Assembly (NCBI GenBank): GCA_025359125.1
Contig: JANYHI010000034.1
Coordinates: forward strand, 4,063 to 68,062
DNA length: 64,000 nucleotides
Direction: 5' to 3'
Source: Cytophagales bacterium
GTDB taxonomy: Bacteria; Bacteroidota; Bacteroidia; Cytophagales; Cyclobacteriaceae
Each line of letters begins with the position of its first letter. Position 1 is the first letter of the stretch. The notes beneath the pieces are model-generated. The model was not told the origin of the DNA and did no database searches. It saw nothing but the letters and a program-made list of their open reading frames with translations. Position numbers and translations under genes: made by a program. Positions 11,192-19,746 of the stretch are shown in pieces.

Positions 11192-11283
11192 CTTTTATTT
11201 CTTTGCTGGTATTTGTCAAATTCATTTAGGAATTATTACCTTTTTACTTTGTATTGAAACCAACATAACGGAATTTTACTATC

Positions 11284-11745
11284 ATGTTTAAACGCGATGA
11301 TGCCGCGCGCCTGCGCGAAGAATTCTGGACTACCTTTGGTAAATACATGAGTCCGGTGCCGTCATCAGAAGGAGAGAAGATTAATTGGATTAACTACCGA
11401 ACGGGTTTTAAAGATATTCTCTTTCGCATGGATGCCGATAACCACTCGGCCATGATTTCAATTTCGTGCGAGCAGCAGGATGCTGACATGCGCGAGTTGT
11501 ACTTTCAGCAGTGCAAAGAGTTGAAAAAAATGTTTCACGCATCGGTAGCTGAAGAGTGGAAATGGCAATCAAATGCAGTAGTGGTAGAACAAAAAGTAAT
11601 CAGCAGAATTTGTAAAGAGTTGCATGGATTCTCAGTATTCAATAAAGAACATTGGCCAGAGTTGATCTCGTTCTTTAAACCTAGAATTATTGCCTTAGAT
11701 CAGTTTTGGGAAAATGCCCGCTATAGTTTTGAAGCTTTTCGGTAA
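11284..11745 (+). CDS. Hypothetical protein, DUF4268-like by recollection
   Basis: 153 aa with an N-terminal LREEFWTTFGKYM pattern. Family assignment is from memory and not verified. Confidence 0.5.
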   Translation: MFKRDDAARLREEFWTTFGKYMSPVPSSEGEKINWINYRTGFKDILFRMDADNHSAMISISCEQQDADMRELYFQQCKELKKMFHASVAEEWKWQSNAVVVEQKVISRICKELHGFSVFNKEHWPELISFFKPRIIALDQFWENARYSFEAFR

Positions 11746-11760
11746 GCTATCTTTGCAATA

Positions 11761-12126
11761 ATGGAGAATTTGCCAGACAGCAGAAATCAGTTAAACAGCA
11801 AAACTTTGTTTGAGGCTTTTAAAACACAACTGAAAAAGGATTTTGATCAAAGCAATTTTCTGTTTGATTTCGCAGCGGCTTTCGTGCAGGATTACGATGT
11901 AATCCATGAAAGAATAATGAAGGCGCTACAGCACAACGAAAACCGAACAGATTTTACTGTAATGCGCCTGCTAAATAGAATTGATATCAGCGAGCCGCAG
12001 CTTAAAAGATATGTAGCTGAAAATAAGAATGAAGATCGACTTCATGTACTGGCGGAATTAATCATCAAGCGCGTGTTACAAAAAGTAGTAATTAAACAGT
12101 TTTATAAAGACAAGGAGGATTTGTGA
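11761..12126 (+). CDS. Hypothetical protein
   Basis: 121-aa ORF starting 15 nt after the previous gene. No recognisable motif. Confidence 0.45.
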   Translation: MENLPDSRNQLNSKTLFEAFKTQLKKDFDQSNFLFDFAAAFVQDYDVIHERIMKALQHNENRTDFTVMRLLNRIDISEPQLKRYVAENKNEDRLHVLAELIIKRVLQKVVIKQFYKDKEDL

Positions 12127-12204
12127 AATCACTTTGAGTCTTTGTGGTTACATTTTTTTGCCGCTGAGTTTGCAGAGAGATGTATGCTGCTGATTTGTAA
12201 TAGA

Positions 12205-13482
12205 TTACGCTTTCATGTGCCTATAAATTAATGCTAGCTTATCAAACTCCTTCATGATAGTGGGCACGATATTTTCGTTACTTAGCTCTATATCAGCGGG
12301 CGAATAATTTCTTCCAATCGTGAATGAATAAAACATCCACTGATCCGTTTTTGTAAATTCCCATAAGCTATCTTCATTGGCAAAACCCTCCACAGATTTT
12401 CGTTCGCAGGCTACTTCAATACAATAGCCAGTGCCTAATCTGCTAAGCAATGCATAAAATTGTTTGCGGTATTCTGCATCATTCATCTTATCCTTAAAAT
12501 AGTCGCGATCGACTTTGCTTGAGAGCGGAGTACCTACAACTAAACAAATACCCACTTCTTTTTGCCGGAGGATAATTTGCACGTGCATAGTATCAGCAAG
12601 GGCGGTGGCATCTTTCTTTTTTAATTCTGCTTCGCTGTGGCCATACGCTAACCAAATGCTGTGCAGTTGGTGGTCAGTGTGAAGTGCCGGATCGAGGCTG
12701 CTTACAATCGTTTTAATATCTGCAGTCGCATGAAGTTTTAATTTGTGCAGGTGATCTTTTATCTGATCATGCAGCTGTAATAATTTGGTTTGTATACTCA
12801 CGCGCTCAGCATGAAGTTCGGGCGTATGGAAGCGTGCTCTGCCGTTGCTTAGAGCGAGGTAATCTTCTTTTTTAAAATACTGATTTTTAAATTTTATCTG
12901 ATCCCAGCTGAAGCCTGCTGTGGTGACGGAGAGAAATTGTTTCTTTTCTTGTTGTGATGCGTTGTCGCGTTGCTTAAGGGCAGGATAGAGCCATTCGTAT
13001 TCTTCGATGAGGTTTTCAGATAGTGGCTCGGCAAATTCATAATAGTTAATAAACCATGATTTTAAATTTTCAATTTCTTTAGCATCGGTAATTTTATAAA
13101 AAAGTTCTTCGCTGTCTTTGATACCTTCGAGAGTTACGTGGCCAGAGCCAACAAATGCAACTGATTTACGAAACGGCAAATCGAAGATATAAACGTTAGC
13201 ATGAAAGAAATTGCGTGTATAAATGTTGAGTGTAATGCGGCCTTGGTAGTTCCGCCAGATTCTCCTTAGCACTTCAGGAGTTGTGGGCACATCTAAACCA
13301 GTTACAATTTCTATTTTGGTTTTAGTCGGAATGCGACTTCTGATAAAATCGAACCCTGCTTCGGAGAGAGCCGCTGTGGCGATGTAGCAATGCTCTGCTT
13401 GCTGCAGTAGTTTTTCATTAATGAAGGGTACGGCAAGTTTCTTTATGATCATATCAGTATGTGAATTTCTAAACAATGGCAA
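12205..13482 (-). CDS. PLD-like (HKD-fold) domain protein with a degenerate motif plus an uncharacterised C-terminal domain
   Basis: FHANVYIFDLPFRKSVAFVGSGHVTLEGIKDSEE aligns with the HxK(x4)D...GSxN motif but reads HxN...GSxH. An alternative ATG lies at 13452. Confidence 0.6.
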   Translation of the reverse strand: MPLFRNSHTDMIIKKLAVPFINEKLLQQAEHCYIATAALSEAGFDFIRSRIPTKTKIEIVTGLDVPTTPEVLRRIWRNYQGRITLNIYTRNFFHANVYIFDLPFRKSVAFVGSGHVTLEGIKDSEELFYKITDAKEIENLKSWFINYYEFAEPLSENLIEEYEWLYPALKQRDNASQQEKKQFLSVTTAGFSWDQIKFKNQYFKKEDYLALSNGRARFHTPELHAERVSIQTKLLQLHDQIKDHLHKLKLHATADIKTIVSSLDPALHTDHQLHSIWLAYGHSEAELKKKDATALADTMHVQIILRQKEVGICLVVGTPLSSKVDRDYFKDKMNDAEYRKQFYALLSRLGTGYCIEVACERKSVEGFANEDSLWEFTKTDQWMFYSFTIGRNYSPADIELSNENIVPTIMKEFDKLALIYRHMKA

Positions 13483-13564
13483 ATTACTTTATTATCTAAT
13501 TGATTTTTATCAGAATCATAAAAATGACCAAAGCTTATTAACTTTACATTTTATAACCTACCCA

Positions 13565-13762
13565 ATGACTGAACGAGAACTAATCAAACTGGAAGCCAGT
13601 ATACGTAATAAGATGGAAGAGATTAGGAAGCAACGCGTGTCTTTGAAAGACTCTGGCATTGGTGGACTCATGAATTCGTTAAAGAAATTAGATGAAGCTC
13701 TTTACGAAAAAATATTACCCGAATATAAAAAGATGGCTGCGGAGAGCAACATCTTTAAATAG
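13565..13762 (+). CDS. Small coiled-coil-like hypothetical protein
   Basis: The internal ATG at 13565 gives a 65-aa charged helical protein. The longer ORF from 13421 would overlap the divergent gene start. Confidence 0.4.
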   Translation: MTERELIKLEASIRNKMEEIRKQRVSLKDSGIGGLMNSLKKLDEALYEKILPEYKKMAAESNIFK

Positions 13763-13906
13763 CAGGTGAAAAAGTTTCAGTGGCTTGTAATCTTTTTCTC
13801 AAGAAGATATACATCAATCACCCGAAAACATAAATTCCTGTCGATAGAAATGTTGAAAAGCCAATTTTAGGTTGGTAACTCAGTAAATGTTATAACTTGC
13901 TAAGGC

Positions 13907-14275
13907 ATGCTTCCTTCCGAACAAAAAAATATTAGAGAATTTCTGCATAACAAGCCTGCCCATACCATTTTAATTTTCAATCACTTTGTGCATGAGTTTG
14001 AAAAAATGAGCCACATCCAATTAGAGCCTACTAAAACCATGATTGCTGTGGACAATGGCGTGAGGCGTGTAGCATGGATTACGCAATTAGGAAAGAATTT
14101 TATCGATGTGGTTTTTCCTTTTAAGCAGGCGTATACAGATAATCTCTGTTTTCAAAAAGTAGCGCAGGTTCCAGGCAGTAACCAGTTCAACCATCACTTG
14201 CGCATACTCTTTCCAGAAGATATAAATGCGGAAGTAAAAAAATTTATGAGGTTAACTCTTACCGGAGTCAATTGA
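13907..14275 (+). CDS. Hypothetical protein, DUF5655-like by recollection
   Basis: 122 aa. The pattern ...AWITQLGKNFIDVVFPF...HHLRILFPEDINAEVKKFM resembles that family. Not verified. Confidence 0.5.
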   Translation: MLPSEQKNIREFLHNKPAHTILIFNHFVHEFEKMSHIQLEPTKTMIAVDNGVRRVAWITQLGKNFIDVVFPFKQAYTDNLCFQKVAQVPGSNQFNHHLRILFPEDINAEVKKFMRLTLTGVN

Positions 14276-15031
14276 TTTTTTTTGCTCTTGTTGATGTTTT
14301 AAATAAATCTTCGCCATTTCTAATTCTTCAGGTGTATCTACACACATGGTTTCTATATCTGTCTTGGCAACAGTAATCGTGTAACCGTTTTCCATCCAGC
14401 GAAGTTGTTCCAGCGATTCTACTTTTTCGAGCGGAGAAATTTCTAATTGGGTAATGGCTTTTAAAATATCAGACCGATACGCGTACATGCCCACGTGCTT
14501 ATAAAAGTCGTACGTTTTGAGCCAATCTTTTTCTGCTACTTTTTGTAGATAGGGAATAATTGCCCGGCTAAAGTAAAGTGCTTCGTTACGTGTGTTGAAT
14601 GTTACTTTCACTTCACTGTTGCTATGTAACTGATCGAGCGTATCAATTTTTTTGATGAGTGTTGCCAATTGCGTTTGTCCATCTAAGTGCGAGGCAAGCA
14701 AATCAATTTGGCCTGGCTCAATGAAAGGCTCATCTCCCTGAATATTAATGGCGTAATCAAAATTTTCTTTTTGAAGGGTTAGGGCTTCGTAGCAACGATC
14801 CGTTCCGCTAGGATGATGTTCGGCAGTCATGCAGGCCTCACCACCAAAATTAATTACATGATCAAAAATTAATTTGTGTTCAGTAGCCACCACCACTTTA
14901 GAAAGTGCTTTTGATTTTTTGGCTTGCTTATACACGCGCTCAATCATCGACTCTCCTCCGAGATCTGCTAATGGCTTGCCAGGAAAGCGAGTAGATGCAT
15001 AACGTGCGGGAATGATTCCTATTATTTTCAT
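14252..15031 (-). CDS. kdsB: 3-deoxy-manno-octulosonate cytidylyltransferase (CMP-KDO synthetase)
   Basis: N-terminus MKIIGIIPARYASTRFPGKPLADLGG and NIQGDEPFI motif. Confidence 0.9.
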   Translation of the reverse strand: MKIIGIIPARYASTRFPGKPLADLGGESMIERVYKQAKKSKALSKVVVATEHKLIFDHVINFGGEACMTAEHHPSGTDRCYEALTLQKENFDYAINIQGDEPFIEPGQIDLLASHLDGQTQLATLIKKIDTLDQLHSNSEVKVTFNTRNEALYFSRAIIPYLQKVAEKDWLKTYDFYKHVGMYAYRSDILKAITQLEISPLEKVESLEQLRWMENGYTITVAKTDIETMCVDTPEELEMAKIYLKHQQEQKKSIDSGKS

Positions 15032-15080
15032 TTGATATTTGGATACTGGATTCTTGACTACAGATCTAACTTTAAATTTT

Positions 15081-16415
15081 TTAGACTTTCTTCACTCTCA
15101 ACGTAACTCCTTCAGTTCCAATAACCTCAATCGATTCTCCTTTTTCAACATACTCTCCTCTTGTAAATGCATCGTAGACTTGTTCATCAATAAATACTTT
15201 TCCGCTGGGGCGAAGAACGGTATGAGCGATTCCTGACTTACCCAACAACGAAGGATTAGATGTATTTACGGAATAGCCTTGAGTACTTTCTTGCGTATCC
15301 ATTAACGCCATTCGTTGAAATGCTTTGGTGTTAGTCAACTTTGCGCCACCCAAAAATAGTAGAAGCATTCCGCCAGAAATTCCACCTAAGGTTGCGAAGG
15401 TAGCCATCACAATGCTTCCCATCGGCACAAATTCAAAATTAAAGAAGTCGTTGTTAAGCATAATTAAAATCATGGACACAACGGTAAGCGTAATGCCAGC
15501 AACACCGGCTACCCCAAAGCCTGGAATCACAAATATTTCTGCCATCAATAAAAGGATACCAACAAAGAGCGCAATGATTTCCCAGTATTGTGCGAGCCCA
15601 CTTAAATAATAAGGAACGAGGTAAAGAACTAAAGCGGTAAGCGCAGCAAATAATGGAAACCCAATACCGGGAGATTGTAATTCAAAATAAATCCCGCCAA
15701 GGATTACTAAAATTAAAATGCCGCTGATGAATGGATTTAAAAAGAAGGCAACAATTTTTTCAGTGGCTCCTAACTGAAAGCGATGAAGTTGATAGTTCTC
15801 GATTTTGTTTCGTTTTAAAATTTCTTCAATAGATTCTACCTTCGCTTCGCAGTAGCCGTACTTGATTGCTTCACTTGTGGTAAACGTAATTACTTTGCCT
15901 GCTTGCTTAATACTGTCAATCACAATTCTATCGTCTACCATTCCTTCAGCTATGCGTGGGTCACGATGGTTTACTTCTGCTGTTGATCGCATAATCGATC
16001 GCATGTAAGACTGATATTTATCGGGTGCTTGTTTGCCATCGCCTTCCACTACAGTAGCTGCACCAATGCTGGCACCGGGCATCATGTAAATACTATCGCA
16101 TGCAATGGAGATCAAAGCTCCGGCAGAAGCAGCATCTGAATTGATGAAAACCCATACCGGTTTTTTTACACCCATCACCAAATCAACAATTTCTTTGGCA
16201 TCAGTTAACACACCGCCATAGGTATCCATATCAATTATAATGTAGTCGGCTTTTATTTTTTCGGCATGTTCCAGCGCCAGTTTTACCTGCCGCAACATGC
16301 GCGGATCAATCTCATCACGAATTTCCATTACCATCACCTGCGGCTTGGCTGGTTGTGCCGTTGCAGAATACACCGCCAGCACACTCAAAACGACACTTAT
16401 CATCCAATTTTTCAT
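15081..16415 (-). CDS. NfeD-family membrane-bound ClpP-class serine protease
   Basis: Signal peptide, ClpP-like domain (DMDTYGGVL...SAASAGALI), multi-TM middle region, and a C-terminal NfeD OB-like tail. ATG at 16415 preferred. Confidence 0.8.
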   Translation of the reverse strand: MKNWMISVVLSVLAVYSATAQPAKPQVMVMEIRDEIDPRMLRQVKLALEHAEKIKADYIIIDMDTYGGVLTDAKEIVDLVMGVKKPVWVFINSDAASAGALISIACDSIYMMPGASIGAATVVEGDGKQAPDKYQSYMRSIMRSTAEVNHRDPRIAEGMVDDRIVIDSIKQAGKVITFTTSEAIKYGYCEAKVESIEEILKRNKIENYQLHRFQLGATEKIVAFFLNPFISGILILVILGGIYFELQSPGIGFPLFAALTALVLYLVPYYLSGLAQYWEIIALFVGILLLMAEIFVIPGFGVAGVAGITLTVVSMILIMLNNDFFNFEFVPMGSIVMATFATLGGISGGMLLLFLGGAKLTNTKAFQRMALMDTQESTQGYSVNTSNPSLLGKSGIAHTVLRPSGKVFIDEQVYDAFTRGEYVEKGESIEVIGTEGVTLRVKKV

Positions 16416-16511
16416 TCCGTAATTATTTGAACACAAAAGTAATACACTTGCCTATAAAAACGTTTTTTATCTAGTGCCAGAATTGGTAACTTTTCGCATT
16501 GTTTCAACGCT

Positions 16512-17462
16512 ATGATAAAACTATTTTTTGTCCTGATTTCATGGACCACAGCACCTTCAGATTCCCTCCGCCTCGAAACGATCGATGGCAAGCAATTCAT
16601 TATCCATCAAATTGATGCGAAAGAAACCCTCTACTCAATTTCGCGAAGATATGGCGTAGCCGTTACATCAATTTTAGAAAATAACCCAGTGAGCGATGGC
16701 GGTATTGCTGTCGGTAAGTTGTTAAAAATTCCGTTCACGCCTAAACCCAAGGCAAAAGCCGAAGGAGTGAAGCATGTTGTGCAACCAAAAGAGACACTCT
16801 ATTCCATTGCTCGTAAATACGATGTATCGGTAGATGATTTGAAGAAATGGAACAACCTTGCAGAAAATGAACTCTCTTTGGGACAAGAACTTTCCATAGG
16901 TAGGAAGGCTGTTGTTATAAATAATGTAATCGAGCGACCTAAGCTCGAGCAAAAGTCGTTGAGCAGCACACATATTGTAGCTGCAAACCAAACTTTGTAT
17001 TCTATTTCACGCCAATATAATATCAGCGTTCAGCAATTGAAGGAATGGAATAACCTGCAAGATGCAGAAGTAAAAATAGGGCAGATGCTTTTTATTACCC
17101 AGCCAGCTTACAATAGCGGGATGAAAACAACCGAAACGGTTACCGCCACAGTAGTACGTCCAGAAATTAAAATTTCTGAAAACGTAGCGGGCGCAGATGA
17201 AATAAAAGAAGAGGGTATGGCAGAGTTGCTAGAAGGCACAGAGGGTAATAGAAAATACCTAGCGCAGCATAAAACCATAAAGCCGGGCACTATTTTAAAA
17301 GTTCATAACATTGCCAACAATCGCGAAGTATTTGTGCGCATCACAGGTGTATTGCCTTCTACAGCAAGTACTGATGTGATCATGCGTATTTCAAAATCTG
17401 CCTTCGATCGATTGGGTGCAACAGATGCGAAACTAAAAGTAGAGGTTACATATTATAAGTAA
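16512..17462 (+). CDS. LysM peptidoglycan-binding protein (three LysM repeats)
   Basis: Three repeats of the form (K/N)ETLYSI(S/A)R(R/K/Q)Y.. separated by linkers. Confidence 0.85.
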   Translation: MIKLFFVLISWTTAPSDSLRLETIDGKQFIIHQIDAKETLYSISRRYGVAVTSILENNPVSDGGIAVGKLLKIPFTPKPKAKAEGVKHVVQPKETLYSIARKYDVSVDDLKKWNNLAENELSLGQELSIGRKAVVINNVIERPKLEQKSLSSTHIVAANQTLYSISRQYNISVQQLKEWNNLQDAEVKIGQMLFITQPAYNSGMKTTETVTATVVRPEIKISENVAGADEIKEEGMAELLEGTEGNRKYLAQHKTIKPGTILKVHNIANNREVFVRITGVLPSTASTDVIMRISKSAFDRLGATDAKLKVEVTYYK

Positions 17463-17700
17463 CTTGGCGGCCTAGCCAAGCGAAGCGCAAGGCCACCGAG
17501 CTATTCGCTACAAGTCCGTCTGGGCTCACCCCATCGCACTGCGGGCTTTTCGCTTCTATCTCTGGCCGAGGCTCGCCCGTAGTCTTGCACTTTATTTATC
17601 TTCACCTTTCGCAACTACCATAAGTGGTAGTTGTATTACCGCAATAGGCCCCGGCTAGTGAATTCGAGAAGGCATGCGTTACTAACGCGCGCCAGTAATT
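17463..17700. other. GC-rich structured intergenic element (candidate small RNA or REP/MITE-like repeat); strand undetermined
   Basis: I counted 75/120 G+C at 17461-17580, against 23/60 in the preceding coding 60 nt. Hairpin at 17463-17480. Long-range helix 17482-17494 / 17544-17556. Perfect 9-bp hairpin at 17612-17633. Confidence 0.4.
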
Positions 17701-17768
17701 AAAATAACTTTTAAATCTTTGCGTTTTCTTAGCGACTTTGCGTCTCTGCGGTTTTAAAAAAAATTAAA

Positions 17769-18857
17769 GTGCGCCTAACCATTTTCTTCTTACTCTTCTC
17801 CACACTTTCTTTCTCGCAAAACCTTGTTGTCAACGGCAGCTTCGAAGATTTTTTTTCTTGCCCAGGTTCATATACTTCTGAAATGTTTAAAATGCTGGCG
17901 CCTGGCTGGCAGTCTGCCAACAGAGGTACTCCCGATTTATTTAATGTATGTAGCAAAGGCGATGCAGGTTTGCCAACCAATTGGGCCGGAACTTCTAAGG
18001 CATATAGTGGAGTAGGCTATGCAGGTATTTATTGCTACACCCAAAATGGGTACCGCGAATATTTGCAAACCGAACTAACCGAGGCAATGAAACCTGGCAA
18101 CAAGTATTACATCGAGTTTTATTATAAGCTTTCGTCTAATTCAAAATATAGTATCGATCGCATTGGTTTATTCGTGTCAGATTCTGCTCACATCAGAAAA
18201 GATGATTTTGTTGTATATGGAAAACCAACGTATGAATTAAGGCTGGCTTCGCCCTACACGCGTACCACCGGAGTGTGGGCAAAGTGCGGTTACGTTCACA
18301 CCGCTGTTGGGGGAGAAAAATTTTTAACGATTGGTAATTTTTCTAATAATCAAAATACACGTTCGTACCACATCAAATTTTCGAAGGCAAAAGAAGAAAT
18401 GTTAAACACCGCTGCTTATTATTTTATTGACGATGTAAGAGTTATTAATGTAGAAGAGAAGCCTAAAATTGAAAAGCCTCCTGTCATAGCGGGCTATCCG
18501 CCTATCAAAGTAAATGAGACATACATATTGAAAAATATTTTTTTTGAGTTTGATAGTTATAAGCTTGTCAGTAATTCATTTGCAGAGCTGGACAAATGGC
18601 TGGAAGTAATCAAAGCAAAAGCAGATTGGAATATTGAATTAACTGGCCACACCGATGAACGCGGAACAGATGAGTACAATCTTAAACTTTCGGTGCAGCG
18701 AGTGCAAAGCGTTTCGGCTTATTTAATTAAAATGGGAATTGATGCCAATAGAATCAATATTAAAGGACAGGGAAAACGAAAACCTCTTTCTACAGAAAAT
18801 GATGAGGTGGCTCATTCCATTAATAGAAGAGTAGAGATTAAATTTTTGGCAAAGTGA
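17769..18857 (+). CDS. OmpA-family protein (N-terminal secreted domain plus C-terminal OmpA peptidoglycan-binding domain)
   Basis: GTG start and signal peptide. C-terminal FEFDSYKL...LTGHTDERGTDEYNLKLSVQR...NRRVEIKF. Confidence 0.85.
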   Translation: MRLTIFFLLFSTLSFSQNLVVNGSFEDFFSCPGSYTSEMFKMLAPGWQSANRGTPDLFNVCSKGDAGLPTNWAGTSKAYSGVGYAGIYCYTQNGYREYLQTELTEAMKPGNKYYIEFYYKLSSNSKYSIDRIGLFVSDSAHIRKDDFVVYGKPTYELRLASPYTRTTGVWAKCGYVHTAVGGEKFLTIGNFSNNQNTRSYHIKFSKAKEEMLNTAAYYFIDDVRVINVEEKPKIEKPPVIAGYPPIKVNETYILKNIFFEFDSYKLVSNSFAELDKWLEVIKAKADWNIELTGHTDERGTDEYNLKLSVQRVQSVSAYLIKMGIDANRINIKGQGKRKPLSTENDEVAHSINRRVEIKFLAK

Positions 18858-18880
18858 AGCCACAGCTGCAAGAATAGCTT

Positions 18881-19669
18881 ATGACCTCCAAAAGACTAAA
18901 CTATCTTTTAAGCCTCAAAGATTTCTTGGATGAGAAAGTGGGAAGATTCAATCGTCCTAATTTCATCGAGTTAGATCCTATTTCAATTCCTCATCAATAC
19001 ACCAAAAAGCAAGACATTGAAATTGCGGGTCTGTTTACTTCGGTTTTGGCTTGGGGGCAGCGGGTAACAATTATTAATAAGAGTAATGAGTTACTTTCTT
19101 TGATGGATGGTTCTCCTCATGATTTTTTGCTCCATCACAAAACAAAAGATTTAAAGGCATTTGAGAATTTTAAACACCGCACTTTTAATTCAACCGATGC
19201 ACTTTATTTTATCGAAGCACTCGCATCCATCTATCGCAAGCACGAGTCGCTAGAGCGCGCTTTCCTCACTTCGCCAAATGATACTCATGTCGGTAACGGA
19301 TTAATTCAATTTCATAATCTGTTTTTTAGTCTTCCAGATTTCCCGGCTAGAACAAAAAAACATGTGTCAACACCCGAAAGAAAATCAGCCTGCAAACGAT
19401 TGAATATGTATTTGCGCTGGATGATTAGGCAAGATTCACATCGAGTAGATTTTGGATTATGGAAGGAAATTAAACCATCGCAATTAATTTGCCCACTGGA
19501 TTTGCACGTTGAACGCGTAGCTCGTAAGCTTAAACTAATCACTCGCAGGCAAGTAGATTGGGAAACTGCTCTGGAATTAACAGCCAACTTGCGGCTTCTT
19601 GATCCGATTGATCCGGTTAAATATGATTTTGCACTTTTTGGTTTAGGCGTTGAAGGAAGTTTCGTGTAA
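18881..19669 (+). CDS. TIGR02757-family (DUF2400) protein
   Basis: Family-like motifs LAWGQR and PLDLHVERVARKLKL. 262 aa. Confidence 0.65.
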   Translation: MTSKRLNYLLSLKDFLDEKVGRFNRPNFIELDPISIPHQYTKKQDIEIAGLFTSVLAWGQRVTIINKSNELLSLMDGSPHDFLLHHKTKDLKAFENFKHRTFNSTDALYFIEALASIYRKHESLERAFLTSPNDTHVGNGLIQFHNLFFSLPDFPARTKKHVSTPERKSACKRLNMYLRWMIRQDSHRVDFGLWKEIKPSQLICPLDLHVERVARKLKLITRRQVDWETALELTANLRLLDPIDPVKYDFALFGLGVEGSFV

Positions 19670-19746
19670 AAAAAGTGACAGGCGGAATCGATTTCATAAA
19701 AAAAAGTTTTACCTTTTACTTCTATTTTAAACTCTTCCATTAACAC

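Noticed and set aside
14252-14275. 24-nt convergent overlap between the DUF5655-like ORF and the 3' end of kdsB.
   Set aside because: Short convergent overlaps are common. The kdsB tail (…KSIDSGKS) is non-conserved, so the overlap probably has no special meaning.
17505-17660. RNase P RNA-like P4 strands inside the GC-rich element: caAGTCCGtctGGGCTC near 17512-17527 and CCCCGGCTA near 17649-17657. They could pair as AG(U)CCG with CGGCU, as in RNase P.
   Set aside because: The two strands are only about 130 nt apart, versus about 290 nt in bacterial RNase P. The GAGGAAAG context and all specificity-domain motifs are missing. The whole intergenic region is too short for a type A RNase P RNA.
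19312-19746. 144-aa minus-strand ORF, together with other antisense ORFs in the track (for example 43596-44135 and 9163-9489).
   Set aside because: They lie antisense within well-supported, motif-bearing genes (TIGR02757 protein, GH65, icmF). Their translations are low-complexity or atypical. They are most likely spurious shadow ORFs.
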